Made by a program: the position numbers and the translations under genes. Source: Synechococcus sp. A15-24 (GTDB taxonomy: Bacteria > Cyanobacteriota > Cyanobacteriia > PCC-6307 > Cyanobiaceae). From it: a DNA stretch of 32,000 nucleotides. Within the stretch, counting starts at the first letter, position 1. The number at the start of each line of letters is the position of its first letter. Shown piece after piece: positions 9,639-18,344 of the stretch. A model generated the notes under the pieces. It did not search any database, was not told where the DNA came from, and saw nothing but the letters and a program-made list of their open reading frames with translations. Where the stretch lies: positions 1,140,001 through 1,172,000 of the forward strand of contig NZ_CP047960.1 of NCBI RefSeq assembly GCF_014280195.1. The letters run 5' to 3'.

Positions 9639-9665
9639 GTTAAGCCGTTCTTAGTGACTTAAACC
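9639..9665 (+). promoter_or_regulatory. Candidate Pho-box-like repeats upstream of pstC
   Basis: Three 8-mers resemble the cyanobacterial Pho-box unit CTTAACCT: GTTAAGCC (9639-9646), CTTAGTGA (9650-9657) and CTTAAACC (9658-9665). The first two start 11 bp apart and the third is only 8 bp further on. They lie 40-66 nt upstream of the pstC ATG. Confidence 0.25.
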
Positions 9666-9704
9666 AATCCCGTCGATACGTTGGCGGGGCGTGTAAGTGT
9701 GGGA

Positions 9705-10655
9705 ATGTCCAGCGAAAAGGATAATCAGTACCTTCTGCGGAACCGACCTCCGTCAGAAAAGCTGGTGGACGATGGATTCAAGAACCTCGCTGTGATCCTG
9801 GCTTCCATGGTCGCCGTGGTGTTGTTCTTGATCCTCATCGTTGTCTTCCAGGGAAGCCTGGAGTCGATGGGGCGTTACGGCTGGCAGTTCCTCATCACCT
9901 CCGATTGGAATCCGGTTGACGATGAATACGGCGCAGGAGCCGCCATCTATGGAACGTTGGTCACCTCCCTGTTGTCGTTGCTGATCGCCGTTCCACTGGG
10001 CGTTGGCACTGCGATTTTCATCACCGAAAACATCATTCCGCGGCACATTCGAGATGTGATCGGTGTGATGGTCGAATTGCTGGCGGCGATTCCCTCGGTC
10101 GTTCTTGGCCTTTGGGCCATCTTCGTGTTGGAGCCATTCATTCGTCCAGCACTTGAATTGCTTTATCAGCTGTTCAATTGGTTCCCATTCTTCAGTACCC
10201 CACCCATGGGCCCTGGAACGGTTCCTGCGGTCTTGATTCTGGTGGTGATGATTCTGCCCATCATCACGGCCATCTCCCGAGACTCCCTGAATCAGGTTCC
10301 TCAGAAACTGCGACAGGCGGCCTATGGCGTCGGCACAACCCGTTGGGGCGCAATCATGAACGTGATGCTGCCCGCAGCGGTTTCAGGAATTGTTGGCGGC
10401 GTGATGCTGGCGCTTGGACGCGCCATGGGTGAAACCATGGCGGTGACCATGATCATTGGTAATTCCAACAACTTCAGCATTTCATTGCTGGCACCCGGCA
10501 ACACAATTGCAGCCATGCTTGCCAATCAATTCGGTGAAGCTGATGGCTCTCAGGTGTCATCTCTGATGTATGCGGCATTTATTTTGATCATCATGACCCT
10601 TGCGGTGAACATCTTCGCCCAATGGCTCGTGAAGCGTCTCAGCCTTAAGTACTGA
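9705..10655 (+). CDS. pstC: Phosphate ABC transporter permease PstC
   Basis: Multi-TM protein with the EAA-like loop RDSLNQVPQKLRQAAYGVGTTRWG and PstC-like length. It sits first in the pstC-pstA-pstB order. ATG 9705; the ORF is open from TTG 9681. Confidence 0.9.
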   Translation: MSSEKDNQYLLRNRPPSEKLVDDGFKNLAVILASMVAVVLFLILIVVFQGSLESMGRYGWQFLITSDWNPVDDEYGAGAAIYGTLVTSLLSLLIAVPLGVGTAIFITENIIPRHIRDVIGVMVELLAAIPSVVLGLWAIFVLEPFIRPALELLYQLFNWFPFFSTPPMGPGTVPAVLILVVMILPIITAISRDSLNQVPQKLRQAAYGVGTTRWGAIMNVMLPAAVSGIVGGVMLALGRAMGETMAVTMIIGNSNNFSISLLAPGNTIAAMLANQFGEADGSQVSSLMYAAFILIIMTLAVNIFAQWLVKRLSLKY

Positions 10656-10657
10656 TC

Positions 10658-11575
10658 ATGACTTCCCTTTACTCCAATCGCGCTTCCGAGGCGATTCCTG
10701 ACCTCTCCTACAAACCAAGTCTGGCCAGAAATGTAGGCAGCAGAATCCTCACAGTTATTGCTGGCATTTTTTCAGCGGTGGCTGTTCTGCCGTTGATCCT
10801 CGTTCTTGGCTACGTCATCGTGAAAGGTGGCAGCAAGATCTCTCTAGCGTTGTTCACGGAATTGCCTCCGCCACCGGGACTTGATGGTGGTGGTATTGCC
10901 AATGCCATTGTTGGCACGATTGTCGTCACCGTTGTTGCTGCATTGATCGCCATACCTGTTGGTGTTGGCGGTGGAATTTTTCTCGCTGAGTACTCACGTA
11001 GCGGTTGGTTTGCTCAATTCATCCGCTTCGGAACGAACGTGCTTTCAGGTGTTCCATCGATTATCGCCGGTGTGTTCATTTACGGAACGATCGTCACCAG
11101 TCGTGTGCTGTTCGGCAATGCCTACAGCGCGCTGGCTGGCGGCATGGCCCTCTCAATTCTGATGCTGCCCACGGTGATCAAAACCACCGACGAAGGTCTC
11201 AAGCTTGTCTCAGATGACTTGCGACGGGCAGCATTGGGGGTTGGTGCCTCCAGATTCGTCACGATCGTGCGAATCACTCTGCCGACGGCATTCACGCCCA
11301 TTGCCACGGGAGTGGTTCTGGCGATCGCCAGGGCCGCTGGTGAAACAGCCCCATTGATCTTCACTGCCCTTTTCTCGCCCTTCTGGTCTGATCTTCTGTC
11401 CACCGATGGAATCTTTGCTCCAATCGCGACGTTGTCGGTTCTGATTTACAACTTCGCGATCATGCCCTATGAGTTCCATAACGAACTGGCTTGGTCCGCA
11501 TCGTTTGTGCTCGTTGTGATGATCCTCGGCCTGAATCTCTTTTCCCGTTGGCTGGCCCGATTTGCTGCCAAGTAA
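10658..11575 (+). CDS. pstA: Phosphate ABC transporter permease PstA
   Basis: Multi-TM protein with TDEGLKLVSDDLRRAALGVGASRF (EAA loop). It begins 2 nt after the pstC stop. Confidence 0.9.
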   Translation: MTSLYSNRASEAIPDLSYKPSLARNVGSRILTVIAGIFSAVAVLPLILVLGYVIVKGGSKISLALFTELPPPPGLDGGGIANAIVGTIVVTVVAALIAIPVGVGGGIFLAEYSRSGWFAQFIRFGTNVLSGVPSIIAGVFIYGTIVTSRVLFGNAYSALAGGMALSILMLPTVIKTTDEGLKLVSDDLRRAALGVGASRFVTIVRITLPTAFTPIATGVVLAIARAAGETAPLIFTALFSPFWSDLLSTDGIFAPIATLSVLIYNFAIMPYEFHNELAWSASFVLVVMILGLNLFSRWLARFAAK

Positions 11576-11644
11576 CCGGACGACGGCCCTTCAATCCATC
11601 AGACATCCATCCTTCCCGTACTCTCCTCGCCTCCTATCCGAGCC

Positions 11645-12466
11645 ATGACCACCTCACAACTTCAAACTGAACAGCATCAGGTCTCGGACGACACCGCGAT
11701 CTCGATTCAGAACGTCACTATTAGCTACGGCAGCTACGAAGCCGTGAAGAACGTCTACTGCGATGTTCCACGCGGAAAAGTCACCGCCTTCATCGGTCCA
11801 TCCGGCTGCGGTAAGTCGACGGTGCTGCGCTCCCTCAACCGCATGAACGATCTGATCGAGGGATGTTCCCTCAAGGGTCGTGTTTTGTTCGACGGTGTCG
11901 ATCTTTACGGTGCCAGTGTTGACCCTGTTGAAGTGCGTCGTCGGATCGGGATGGTGTTCCAGCAGCCCAACCCCTTTCCCAAGAGCATCTACGAGAACAT
12001 TGCCTTCGGTGCCCGGATCAACGGTTTCACCGGTGACATGGATGAACTCGTGGAACGGTCCCTGCGCCAGGCCGCTGTCTGGGACGAATGCAAGGACAAG
12101 CTGAATGAAAGTGGTTATTCCCTCTCGGGTGGTCAACAGCAGCGCCTCTGCATTGCACGCACGATTGCCATCCAGCCGGAAGTGATCCTGATGGATGAAC
12201 CTTGTTCGGCTCTGGACCCGATCTCCACATTGAAGATCGAGGAAACGATGCACGAACTCAAGAAGAGCTTCACGATCGTGATCGTGACCCACAACATGCA
12301 GCAGGCCGTTCGAGTCAGCGACATGACAGCGTTCTACAACGCAGAGGCAGTTGAAGGCGGCAGCGGCAAGGTGGGCTACCTGGTGGAATTCAACGAGACC
12401 GAAAAGATCTTCAACTCTCCTCAACAGCAGGCCACCCAGGACTACGTCTCCGGCCGTTTCGGTTGA
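11645..12466 (+). CDS. pstB: Phosphate ABC transporter ATP-binding protein PstB
   Basis: Walker [10 protein letters not shown], the PstB-typical LNRMNDL, the signature [13 protein letters not shown] and Walker [12 protein letters not shown]. Confidence 0.95.
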   Translation: MTTSQLQTEQHQVSDDTAISIQNVTISYGSYEAVKNVYCDVPRGKVTAFIGPSGCGKSTVLRSLNRMNDLIEGCSLKGRVLFDGVDLYGASVDPVEVRRRIGMVFQQPNPFPKSIYENIAFGARINGFTGDMDELVERSLRQAAVWDECKDKLNESGYSLSGGQQQRLCIARTIAIQPEVILMDEPCSALDPISTLKIEETMHELKKSFTIVIVTHNMQQAVRVSDMTAFYNAEAVEGGSGKVGYLVEFNETEKIFNSPQQQATQDYVSGRFG

Positions 12467-12493
12467 TCACTCAATCCAGTTTTGATCGAGAAA

Positions 12494-12517
12494 GGGTGGA
12501 TGACTCCACCCTTTTTT
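12494..12517 (+). terminator. Rho-independent terminator after pstB
   Basis: Stem GGGTGGA (12494-12500), loop TGAC, stem TCCACCC (12505-12511), followed by TTTTTT (12512-12517). It lies 28 nt after the pstB stop. Confidence 0.75.
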
Positions 12518-12531
12518 ATTGGAGATCAAGC

Positions 12532-12558
12532 AAAAAAAATCCGGTCCTGATGGACCGG
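12532..12558 (-). terminator. Rho-independent terminator after tRNA-Ser (minus strand)
   Basis: On the plus strand: A8 (12532-12539), then CCGGTCC (12541-12547), loop TGAT, GGACCGG (12552-12558). Read on the minus strand this is a 7-bp GC hairpin followed by A and T8, placed 6 nt after the tRNA 3' end. Confidence 0.75.
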
Positions 12559-12563
12559 AGAAG

Positions 12564-12650
12564 CGGAGAGCGAGGGATTCGAACCCTCGATAGAGTTGCC
12601 CCTATACAGCATTTCCAGTGCTGCGCCTTCGACCACTCGGCCAGCTCTCC
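12564..12650 (-). tRNA. tRNA-Ser (anticodon GGA), class II with long variable arm
   Basis: The minus-strand sequence is GGAGAGCTGGCCGAGTGGTCGAAGGCGCAGCACTGGAAATGCTGTATAGGGGCAACTCTATCGAGGGTTCGAATCCCTCGCTCTCCG. The acceptor stem GGAGAGC/GCTCTCC pairs fully. The anticodon stem-loop is CAGCA-CTGGAAA-TGCTG, giving anticodon GGA. The T-arm is GAGGG-TTCGAAT-CCCTC. There is a long extra arm, and no CCA is encoded. Confidence 0.9.
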
Positions 12651-12705
12651 ACCGGCTTTCACGTGGGGCAGGTGCGAATGTAGCAGGGCGTTCCAGTCAG
12701 ACCGG

Positions 12706-13074
12706 ATGGGCACCAGTCACCGCATCACCATTCACTGGCGCCAGGAACAACGAACCATCACCCACGAAGTTCCAGAGGGGGAGTACATCCTCCACAGTTT
12801 CGAGCGTCAGGGCGATCCCTTGCCTTTCTCATGCCGCAACGGCTGCTGCACCAGCTGTGCCGTCCGGGTGAAACAAGGGCAGCTCGATCAACGCGAGGCG
12901 ATGGGCCTGTCCCATGAGCTGAGGCAGCAGGGCTATGGATTGCTATGCGTGGCTCGAGCCATCGGCCCTCTCGAAGCCGAAACCCAGGACGAAGATGAGG
13001 TGTATGACCTGCAGTTCGGCCGCCATTTCGGCCGCGGCAAGGTGACGGCAGGACTACCCCTGGACGAGGAATGA
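12706..13074 (+). CDS. Plant-type [2Fe-2S] ferredoxin with C-terminal extension (Fed2/FdC2-like)
   Basis: 122 aa. The cluster ligands are in SCRNGCCTSCAV (C-x4-C-x2-C) plus LLCVA. About 20 extra C-terminal residues ([22 protein letters not shown]) are present relative to PetF. Only the 3' part of the 203-aa track ORF is used, because its 5' part runs antisense through the tRNA. Confidence 0.88.
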   Translation: MGTSHRITIHWRQEQRTITHEVPEGEYILHSFERQGDPLPFSCRNGCCTSCAVRVKQGQLDQREAMGLSHELRQQGYGLLCVARAIGPLEAETQDEDEVYDLQFGRHFGRGKVTAGLPLDEE

Positions 13075-13964
13075 CCATGACCTCATCGATCTGCAGTGCA
13101 GCGGCCAATGATGCTGGTCTGAGCGCTGACAGGCTTGGCGCCCTGGTGACTGTTGCGCGACAGGCCGCTGACGCAGGTGGGGCTGAGTTGATGCGCCACT
13201 ACGGGCGGCTGAGCTCGATTGAAAGCAAAGGGCGCACTGGTGATCTCGTCACCAATGCGGACGTGGCAGCCGAACGCGTTGTTCTTGAGGTTCTCGGCAG
13301 AGAAACCCCAGACATCGCTGTTCTGGCTGAAGAAAGCGGTGCCGCCGGTGAACAGGACGGGCTGCGTTGGTGCGTCGATCCCCTGGATGGCACCACCAAC
13401 TTCACCCACGGGTACCCATTCTTCGCCACATCGATCGGGCTGACGTTTCGTCAACGGCCGATTCTGGGAGCCATCGCCGTTCCGTTCCTCGGGGAGACGT
13501 ACTGGGGTGCTCCAGGTCATGGAGCCCACTGCAATGACAGCAAGATTCAGGTGAGCACTTGCGAGCGTCTGGAGGACTCCCTTCTGGTGACTGGGTTTGC
13601 CTACGACCGCCACACGCGGCTCGACAACAACTATGCCCAGTTCTGCTGGTTCAGCCATCGGACCCGAGGGGTTCGCCGAGGTGGTGCTGCTGCTGTGGAT
13701 CTGGCCTTTGTGGCTGCTGGTCGTCAGGACGGTTACTGGGAACGAGGTCTTGCGCCCTGGGACCTTGCTGCCGGTGTGGCGCTGGTGGAACTCGCAGGCG
13801 GAACCATCAGCGGATATGGCGGTGAGGAGTTCGATCTCCGCAGCGGCCGCGTGGTGGCGGCTGGTCCGGCATTGCATCCGAGCATTGTTGACGTGCTGGC
13901 CCAGGTGAAGCCTCTATCCGGTGATGCCTTCGGTGCACCGGAGGTGACGGCCATGGGATCCTGA
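13071..13964 (+). CDS. Inositol monophosphatase family protein (SuhB/HisN-like phosphatase)
   Basis: Contains the IMPase metal-binding motifs LAEESG and [15 protein letters not shown], plus the C-terminal WDLAAG motif. Its start overlaps the ferredoxin stop as ATGA. Confidence 0.88.
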   Translation: MTMTSSICSAAANDAGLSADRLGALVTVARQAADAGGAELMRHYGRLSSIESKGRTGDLVTNADVAAERVVLEVLGRETPDIAVLAEESGAAGEQDGLRWCVDPLDGTTNFTHGYPFFATSIGLTFRQRPILGAIAVPFLGETYWGAPGHGAHCNDSKIQVSTCERLEDSLLVTGFAYDRHTRLDNNYAQFCWFSHRTRGVRRGGAAAVDLAFVAAGRQDGYWERGLAPWDLAAGVALVELAGGTISGYGGEEFDLRSGRVVAAGPALHPSIVDVLAQVKPLSGDAFGAPEVTAMGS

Positions 13965-13986
13965 GGCAACGCCGAAAATTCCGGAG

Positions 13987-15165
13987 ATGGCGCTGCAACC
14001 CGCAGCTGGCGCGAGGGATCTGAATCCACGTCAGGTGGAATCCAACCGGGCGCTCAGCGAGCGCCTGGCTTCTGTATTTCGTTTATGGGGCTACGACGAG
14101 GTCTCCCCTCCTCGGGTGGAACGTCTTGACACCTTGATGGCCGGTGGGGCCATCGCCAGCGAAGACGTTGTGCGGTTGGTGGCCGATGAGCCCCTGGGCC
14201 TCCGCCCGGAGATGACCGCATCCATCGCCAGGGCTGCTTGTACCCGGCTGGCCTCAAGGCCCAGGCCGCTGCGTCTCTGGGCGTCTGGAACGGTGTTTCA
14301 GTCGAGAGCAGCTGATGAAGGTGGGCATTGCATAGAAGAGAATCTGCAGTGCGGTGTGGAGCTGTTCGGTGTTGCACCGATCGAAGCCGAGATGGAGCTG
14401 CTCAGCCTGTTGATGGCAGCAGTGGAACGCCTGAACTTTCATGCTCAGCATCAGCCTCGGCTGTTGATGGGGCACACGGGACTGATGGATCTGTTGCTCA
14501 GCCCCGTTCCGCCCGTCCTGCGCGACGCCGTCCGCGCCGCGTTGATTCAATACGACCGCCTTGGGCTGGAAACCATCGATCTTGAAGAAGAACTAAGGGC
14601 CACCCTGCTGAGCCTGCTGGACTGCCGCGGCACACCGAACGAGGTCCTCGAGCGTCTGTCCTCCTGCTTTGGTGCTCACTCTCTGTTTGACGATCTGCAT
14701 CGGCTCTGCCGCCAGCTCCAGGGACCGGCAGAAGCCCAGGGCGTGAGGCTTCAACTGGATCCCACGTTTCAACCGAGATTTGAGCTCTACACAGGCCTCG
14801 TCTTCCAGCTGGTGTGCGACACGCACTCGGCGCCTATCGTGGTGGCCCGTGGGGGCCGCTACGACGACTTGGTTCGCCGTTGTGGTGCCAAACCGGGACA
14901 AGACTTTGGTGCGGGCTTCAGCCTCGCGATCGATCCGATCCGGGAATTGTTGAGTGACGCATCGTCCAACCCGTCGTTCGCGCCTCAGTTGATGGTGGCG
15001 TTTTCGGAGCGGTCAACTCTCGAGGCGGCACTGGAGCGGCAACGCTGGTGGCATCAACAGGGCCGAAGTGCGGTGATTGAACTGCATCCGTTCAGCGCTC
15101 GGAGCCTGGCTGAACAGCAGGCCACGGACCAAGGTGGCTTCCAACTTGATTGGATCGATCCTTAG
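13987..15165 (+). CDS. hisZ: ATP phosphoribosyltransferase regulatory subunit
   Basis: HisRS-like fold without an anticodon-binding domain. Contains [49 protein letters not shown] and GGRYDDL. Length 392 aa. Confidence 0.88.
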   Translation: MALQPAAGARDLNPRQVESNRALSERLASVFRLWGYDEVSPPRVERLDTLMAGGAIASEDVVRLVADEPLGLRPEMTASIARAACTRLASRPRPLRLWASGTVFQSRAADEGGHCIEENLQCGVELFGVAPIEAEMELLSLLMAAVERLNFHAQHQPRLLMGHTGLMDLLLSPVPPVLRDAVRAALIQYDRLGLETIDLEEELRATLLSLLDCRGTPNEVLERLSSCFGAHSLFDDLHRLCRQLQGPAEAQGVRLQLDPTFQPRFELYTGLVFQLVCDTHSAPIVVARGGRYDDLVRRCGAKPGQDFGAGFSLAIDPIRELLSDASSNPSFAPQLMVAFSERSTLEAALERQRWWHQQGRSAVIELHPFSARSLAEQQATDQGGFQLDWIDP

Positions 15166-15189
15166 GATTAAGGTTGAGACGACTGAGTT

Positions 15190-15414
15190 ATGGCCCACAC
15201 GATTGTCACCGATGTCTGCGAGGGCATTGCCGACTGTGTGGATGCCTGCCCCGTGGCCTGCATCGATCAGGGTCAAGGAAAAAACAAAAAGGGCACCGAC
15301 TTTTACTGGATCAATTTCGATACCTGCATCGACTGCGGCATCTGTCTGCAGGTGTGTCCCGTGGAAGGCGCCATCCTGGCCGAGGAGCGCCCTGACCTTC
15401 AGAAGGGCGGCTGA
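15190..15414 (+). CDS. Small 4Fe-4S ferredoxin
   Basis: 74 aa with two Cys clusters: CEGIADCVDACP and CIDCGICLQVCP. Confidence 0.85.
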   Translation: MAHTIVTDVCEGIADCVDACPVACIDQGQGKNKKGTDFYWINFDTCIDCGICLQVCPVEGAILAEERPDLQKGG

Positions 15415-15455
15415 GCTGATCTAGTTGTTCGGAGAACCACCAAGCATTCCCTCTT

Positions 15456-15480
15456 GAGGGGATTCAGGGCCCCTCTTTAT
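15456..15480 (+). terminator. Putative rho-independent terminator after the 4Fe-4S ferredoxin gene
   Basis: Stem GAGGGG (15456-15461), loop ATTCAGGG, stem CCCCTC (15470-15475), then TTTAT. The T-tract is short, so confidence is moderate only. Confidence 0.5.
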
Positions 15481-15503
15481 CGTCAGATTTTTCCAGCAGT
15501 CCA

Positions 15504-17408
15504 ATGCCGGTGATGGACGAACAGGGTCAGATTCAGATCCACACCGAGAACATCTTCCCGATCATCAAGAAGGCCGTGTACTCCGGCCATGAGGTGTTTC
15601 TCCGCGAGCTAGTCAGCAACGGTGTCGACGCCATCAGCAAGCGGCGTATGGCGGCCATGGCGGGCGACTGCAGCGAAGGCGAAGACGGGGTCATACGCAT
15701 CACGGTTGACCGAGAAGCCAAAACGCTCACCATTGCTGATAACGGCATCGGCATGACCGCCGATGAGGTGAAGCGCTACATCAACCAGGTGGCCTTCTCC
15801 AGTGCCGAGGATTTTCTGGAGAAGTACGAACAGGAGGGAGATGCGATCATTGGCCATTTCGGCCTGGGCTTCTACTCCAGTTTCATGGTGGCGGAGCAGG
15901 TGGAATTGGTGACGCGATCGGCCCGGCCGGACAGCGAAGCGGTGCGATGGAGCTGTGATGGATCCCCCAACTTCAGCCTCAGTTCCGCTGAGCGTGATCA
16001 GCCAGGCACCGATGTGATTCTCCACTTGATGGAGGAGGAGCTGGAGTACATCGAGCCAGCTCGGATCCGCACCCTGGTCAACACCTACTGCGATTTCATG
16101 GCAGTGCCGGTGCAGCTGGAGGGGGAAACAGTCAACAAGATGGATGCCCCGTGGCGAAAGAGCGCCCGGGAGCTCACCGACAAGGACTACATCGATCTTT
16201 ACAACTACCTCTACCCATTTCAGGGTGACCCACTGCTCTGGGTTCACCTGAACACCGATTACCCCTACAACCTGCAGGGAATTCTGTTCTTCCCCAGGCA
16301 GACCGGTCGTGCGGACTGGGAGAAAGGCGAAATCAAGCTCTACTGCAATCAGGTGTTCGTCAGTGATTCCATCAAGGAGGTGGTGCCGCGTTACCTGCTT
16401 CCCCTCCGTGGCGTTCTCGATTCACCCGACATCCCGCTGAACGTCAGCCGCAGTGCCCTGCAGACCGACCGCCGCGTTCGCTCCATCGGCAATTTCGTTG
16501 CCAAAAAGGTGGCTGACCGCTTGCGCAACCTCAAGAAAGACGACCCCACCGCCTATGCAGAGGCCTGGGAGTCCTTGGCACCCTTCGTGAAGATCGGCGC
16601 CATGGAGGACGACAAGTTCGCCGACCAGGTGGCGGAGCTGATTCTGTTCGGCACCAGCGCCTCTGCAGCAGATGGCGACATCCCTGATCCAATCAGCGCC
16701 GGTGATCGTGCCTTCACCACTCTGGAGGGCTACCGCAGCCGACTGGACAGCAACAACGACAAGCGCATCCTGTACAGCACCGACGACGTGGCCCAGGCCG
16801 GTGCACTCAACCTCTGGACCTCCCAAGGAATGGAAGTGCTGAATCTGGAGACGGTGGTCGACACCCAGTTCATCCCATGGCTCGAACAGCGCCATGAGGA
16901 TCTGACCTTTCAGCGTGTCGATGCCGAGCTTGATGACAGCCTCAAGGACAACGACGCGGAAATTACCGACCAGGACGGCACAACGGAATCTGATCGACTG
17001 AGGGATCTGATCAAGACCGCGCTGTCCAACGACAAGGTGACCGTGCAAGTGCAGGCTTTGAAGGCTGAGGGTGCACCGCCGGCGATGATCCTGCTGCCGG
17101 AGCAGATGCGGCGCCTCAATGACATGGGAGCCCTGATGGAACAGCGGCTTCCAGGCCTGCCGGACCATCACGTTCTTCTGGTGAACAAGCGACATCCCCT
17201 GGTGGAGGGGATGCTGAAGCTGAAGGCCGGCAGCGTGCTCGTCGGCGATGCTCAGAGCTCACCGACGGAGGCCTTGGCCCAGGACATTGCTCGCCACATT
17301 TACGACATGGCTCGACTGGGTGTCGGCGGCCTTGAGCCCAATGAACTCAGTGGCTTTCAGACCCGCAGCGCTGAACTGATCGGGACGTTGATGCAGAGGG
17401 GGATGTGA
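15504..17408 (+). CDS. htpG: Molecular chaperone HtpG (Hsp90)
   Basis: Contains FLRELVSNGVDA and IGHFGLGFYSSFMVA (GHKL ATPase N-domain), plus NVSRSALQ in the middle domain. Length 634 aa. Confidence 0.95.
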   Translation: MPVMDEQGQIQIHTENIFPIIKKAVYSGHEVFLRELVSNGVDAISKRRMAAMAGDCSEGEDGVIRITVDREAKTLTIADNGIGMTADEVKRYINQVAFSSAEDFLEKYEQEGDAIIGHFGLGFYSSFMVAEQVELVTRSARPDSEAVRWSCDGSPNFSLSSAERDQPGTDVILHLMEEELEYIEPARIRTLVNTYCDFMAVPVQLEGETVNKMDAPWRKSARELTDKDYIDLYNYLYPFQGDPLLWVHLNTDYPYNLQGILFFPRQTGRADWEKGEIKLYCNQVFVSDSIKEVVPRYLLPLRGVLDSPDIPLNVSRSALQTDRRVRSIGNFVAKKVADRLRNLKKDDPTAYAEAWESLAPFVKIGAMEDDKFADQVAELILFGTSASAADGDIPDPISAGDRAFTTLEGYRSRLDSNNDKRILYSTDDVAQAGALNLWTSQGMEVLNLETVVDTQFIPWLEQRHEDLTFQRVDAELDDSLKDNDAEITDQDGTTESDRLRDLIKTALSNDKVTVQVQALKAEGAPPAMILLPEQMRRLNDMGALMEQRLPGLPDHHVLLVNKRHPLVEGMLKLKAGSVLVGDAQSSPTEALAQDIARHIYDMARLGVGGLEPNELSGFQTRSAELIGTLMQRGM

Positions 17409-17484
17409 CCTCCACTTTTTGATAAGATAGTAGTTTGGATCTGATTGTTCAGGTCTGAAGAACCTCAAGCAGAAGGACGACGAC

Positions 17485-17721
17485 ATGTCTCGGGTGTGCC
17501 AGCTCACCGGTACTCGCGCCAATAACGGCATGGCAGTGAGCCATTCCCACATCCGAACAAAGAAGCTGCAGCAGGCGAATCTGCAGAATCGACGTCTTTG
17601 GTGGGCTGAGGGCAAGCGCTGGGTGAACCTGCGCGTCACCACCCGCGCCCTCAAGACCATCCAGAAGAAGGGCCTGGGCCCATATGCCAAGTCTCTGGGC
17701 ATTAACCTGGCCAAACTCTGA
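17485..17721 (+). CDS. rpmB: 50S ribosomal protein L28
   Basis: [34 protein letters not shown] is a canonical L28 N-terminus. Length 78 aa. Confidence 0.95.
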   Translation: MSRVCQLTGTRANNGMAVSHSHIRTKKLQQANLQNRRLWWAEGKRWVNLRVTTRALKTIQKKGLGPYAKSLGINLAKL

Positions 17722-17731
17722 TTTTCAACGT

Positions 17732-18292
17732 GTGCGCCGGCGGGATCTGTTCATCAAGTCCGGCTTGCTGTTGACAGCACTGTCGATCACCCCATCGAAG
17801 GCCTGGTCCCTCGGTGGGGTTGTTTTGGAACAAGGCACTGAAGCACCAAGCTTCGATTTGCCGGGTTCCAGCCGTCGTGAACCCGATAGAGATCGCTGGT
17901 CCAGCGATGATCTGCGCGGCCGATGGCTTGCCGTGTATTTCTATCCACGGGATTTCACAGGCGGCTGCACGATTGAAGCCAGGGGGTTTGAGTCTCTGCA
18001 CAGTGATTTCCTGGCAGCAGGTGCCGAAGTGGTTGGCATCAGTGCCGACAGCGTCGACGACCATGAGTCGTTCTGCGAGAGCGAAGGTCTCAGCTTCCCC
18101 CTGTTGTCCGACCCTGATGGAACGGTCAGCAAGGCCTACGGGTCCTGGATGGCGCCGTACTCTCTGCGACACACTTTTCTGATCGATCCAAACGGGATTC
18201 TTCGTCAACGATGGGTCGCGGTGAGACCGAGTGGACATGCCCTGGAGGTACTCGACGCGATCACGGATCTGCAAAACAACACCTCTGTTTGA
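17732..18292 (+). CDS. Peroxiredoxin, PrxQ/BCP type, with a twin-arginine-like signal peptide
   Basis: Contains WLAVYFYPRDFTGGCTIEARGF, the PrxQ/BCP peroxidatic Cys motif. The N-terminus VRRRDLFIKSGLLLTALSITPSKAWS looks like a Tat signal. GTG 17732 was chosen. ATG 17684 would overlap rpmB by 38 nt. Confidence 0.85.
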   Translation: MRRRDLFIKSGLLLTALSITPSKAWSLGGVVLEQGTEAPSFDLPGSSRREPDRDRWSSDDLRGRWLAVYFYPRDFTGGCTIEARGFESLHSDFLAAGAEVVGISADSVDDHESFCESEGLSFPLLSDPDGTVSKAYGSWMAPYSLRHTFLIDPNGILRQRWVAVRPSGHALEVLDAITDLQNNTSV

Positions 18293-18344
18293 CAGAAACA
18301 GTCCAGTCATGAAATGGTGATTGAAACTGAGTGGTAATCGTTAT

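Noticed and set aside
12463-12705. The N-terminal 81 codons of the 203-aa track ORF preceding the ferredoxin
   Set aside because: This stretch runs through both terminator hairpins and antisense across the tRNA-Ser gene. The ferredoxin domain begins at the internal ATG 12706, giving the expected 122-aa protein.
15448-15480. Alternative pairings (CCCTC/GAGGG versus GAGGGG/CCCCTC) upstream of htpG as a possible RNA thermometer or attenuator
   Set aside because: The first alternative would have a 2-nt loop and is sterically implausible. The element does not sequester any obvious ribosome-binding site or the htpG start codon. The simplest reading is a terminator for the upstream ferredoxin gene.
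11654-17195. Other long antisense ORFs: 11654-12424(-), 13083-13877(-), 15609-16247(-), 16422-17195(-)
   Set aside because: Each lies fully inside a confidently identified plus-strand gene (pstB, the IMPase-family gene, htpG), and none has a recognisable domain.
17409-17484. AT-rich spacer between htpG and rpmB, as a possible terminator, promoter or ribosomal-protein leader
   Set aside because: Only a 4-bp GAGG/CCTC pairing precedes the T5 run. The TTGATA hexamer has no convincing -10 partner at correct spacing. I could not support a specific element.
18309-18320. Mini-ORF ATG AAA TGG TGA just upstream of ggpS, as a possible leader peptide
   Set aside because: It has three sense codons, no associated alternative structures, and no known regulatory logic linking Trp or Lys codons to ggpS. 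It is most likely a chance occurrence.
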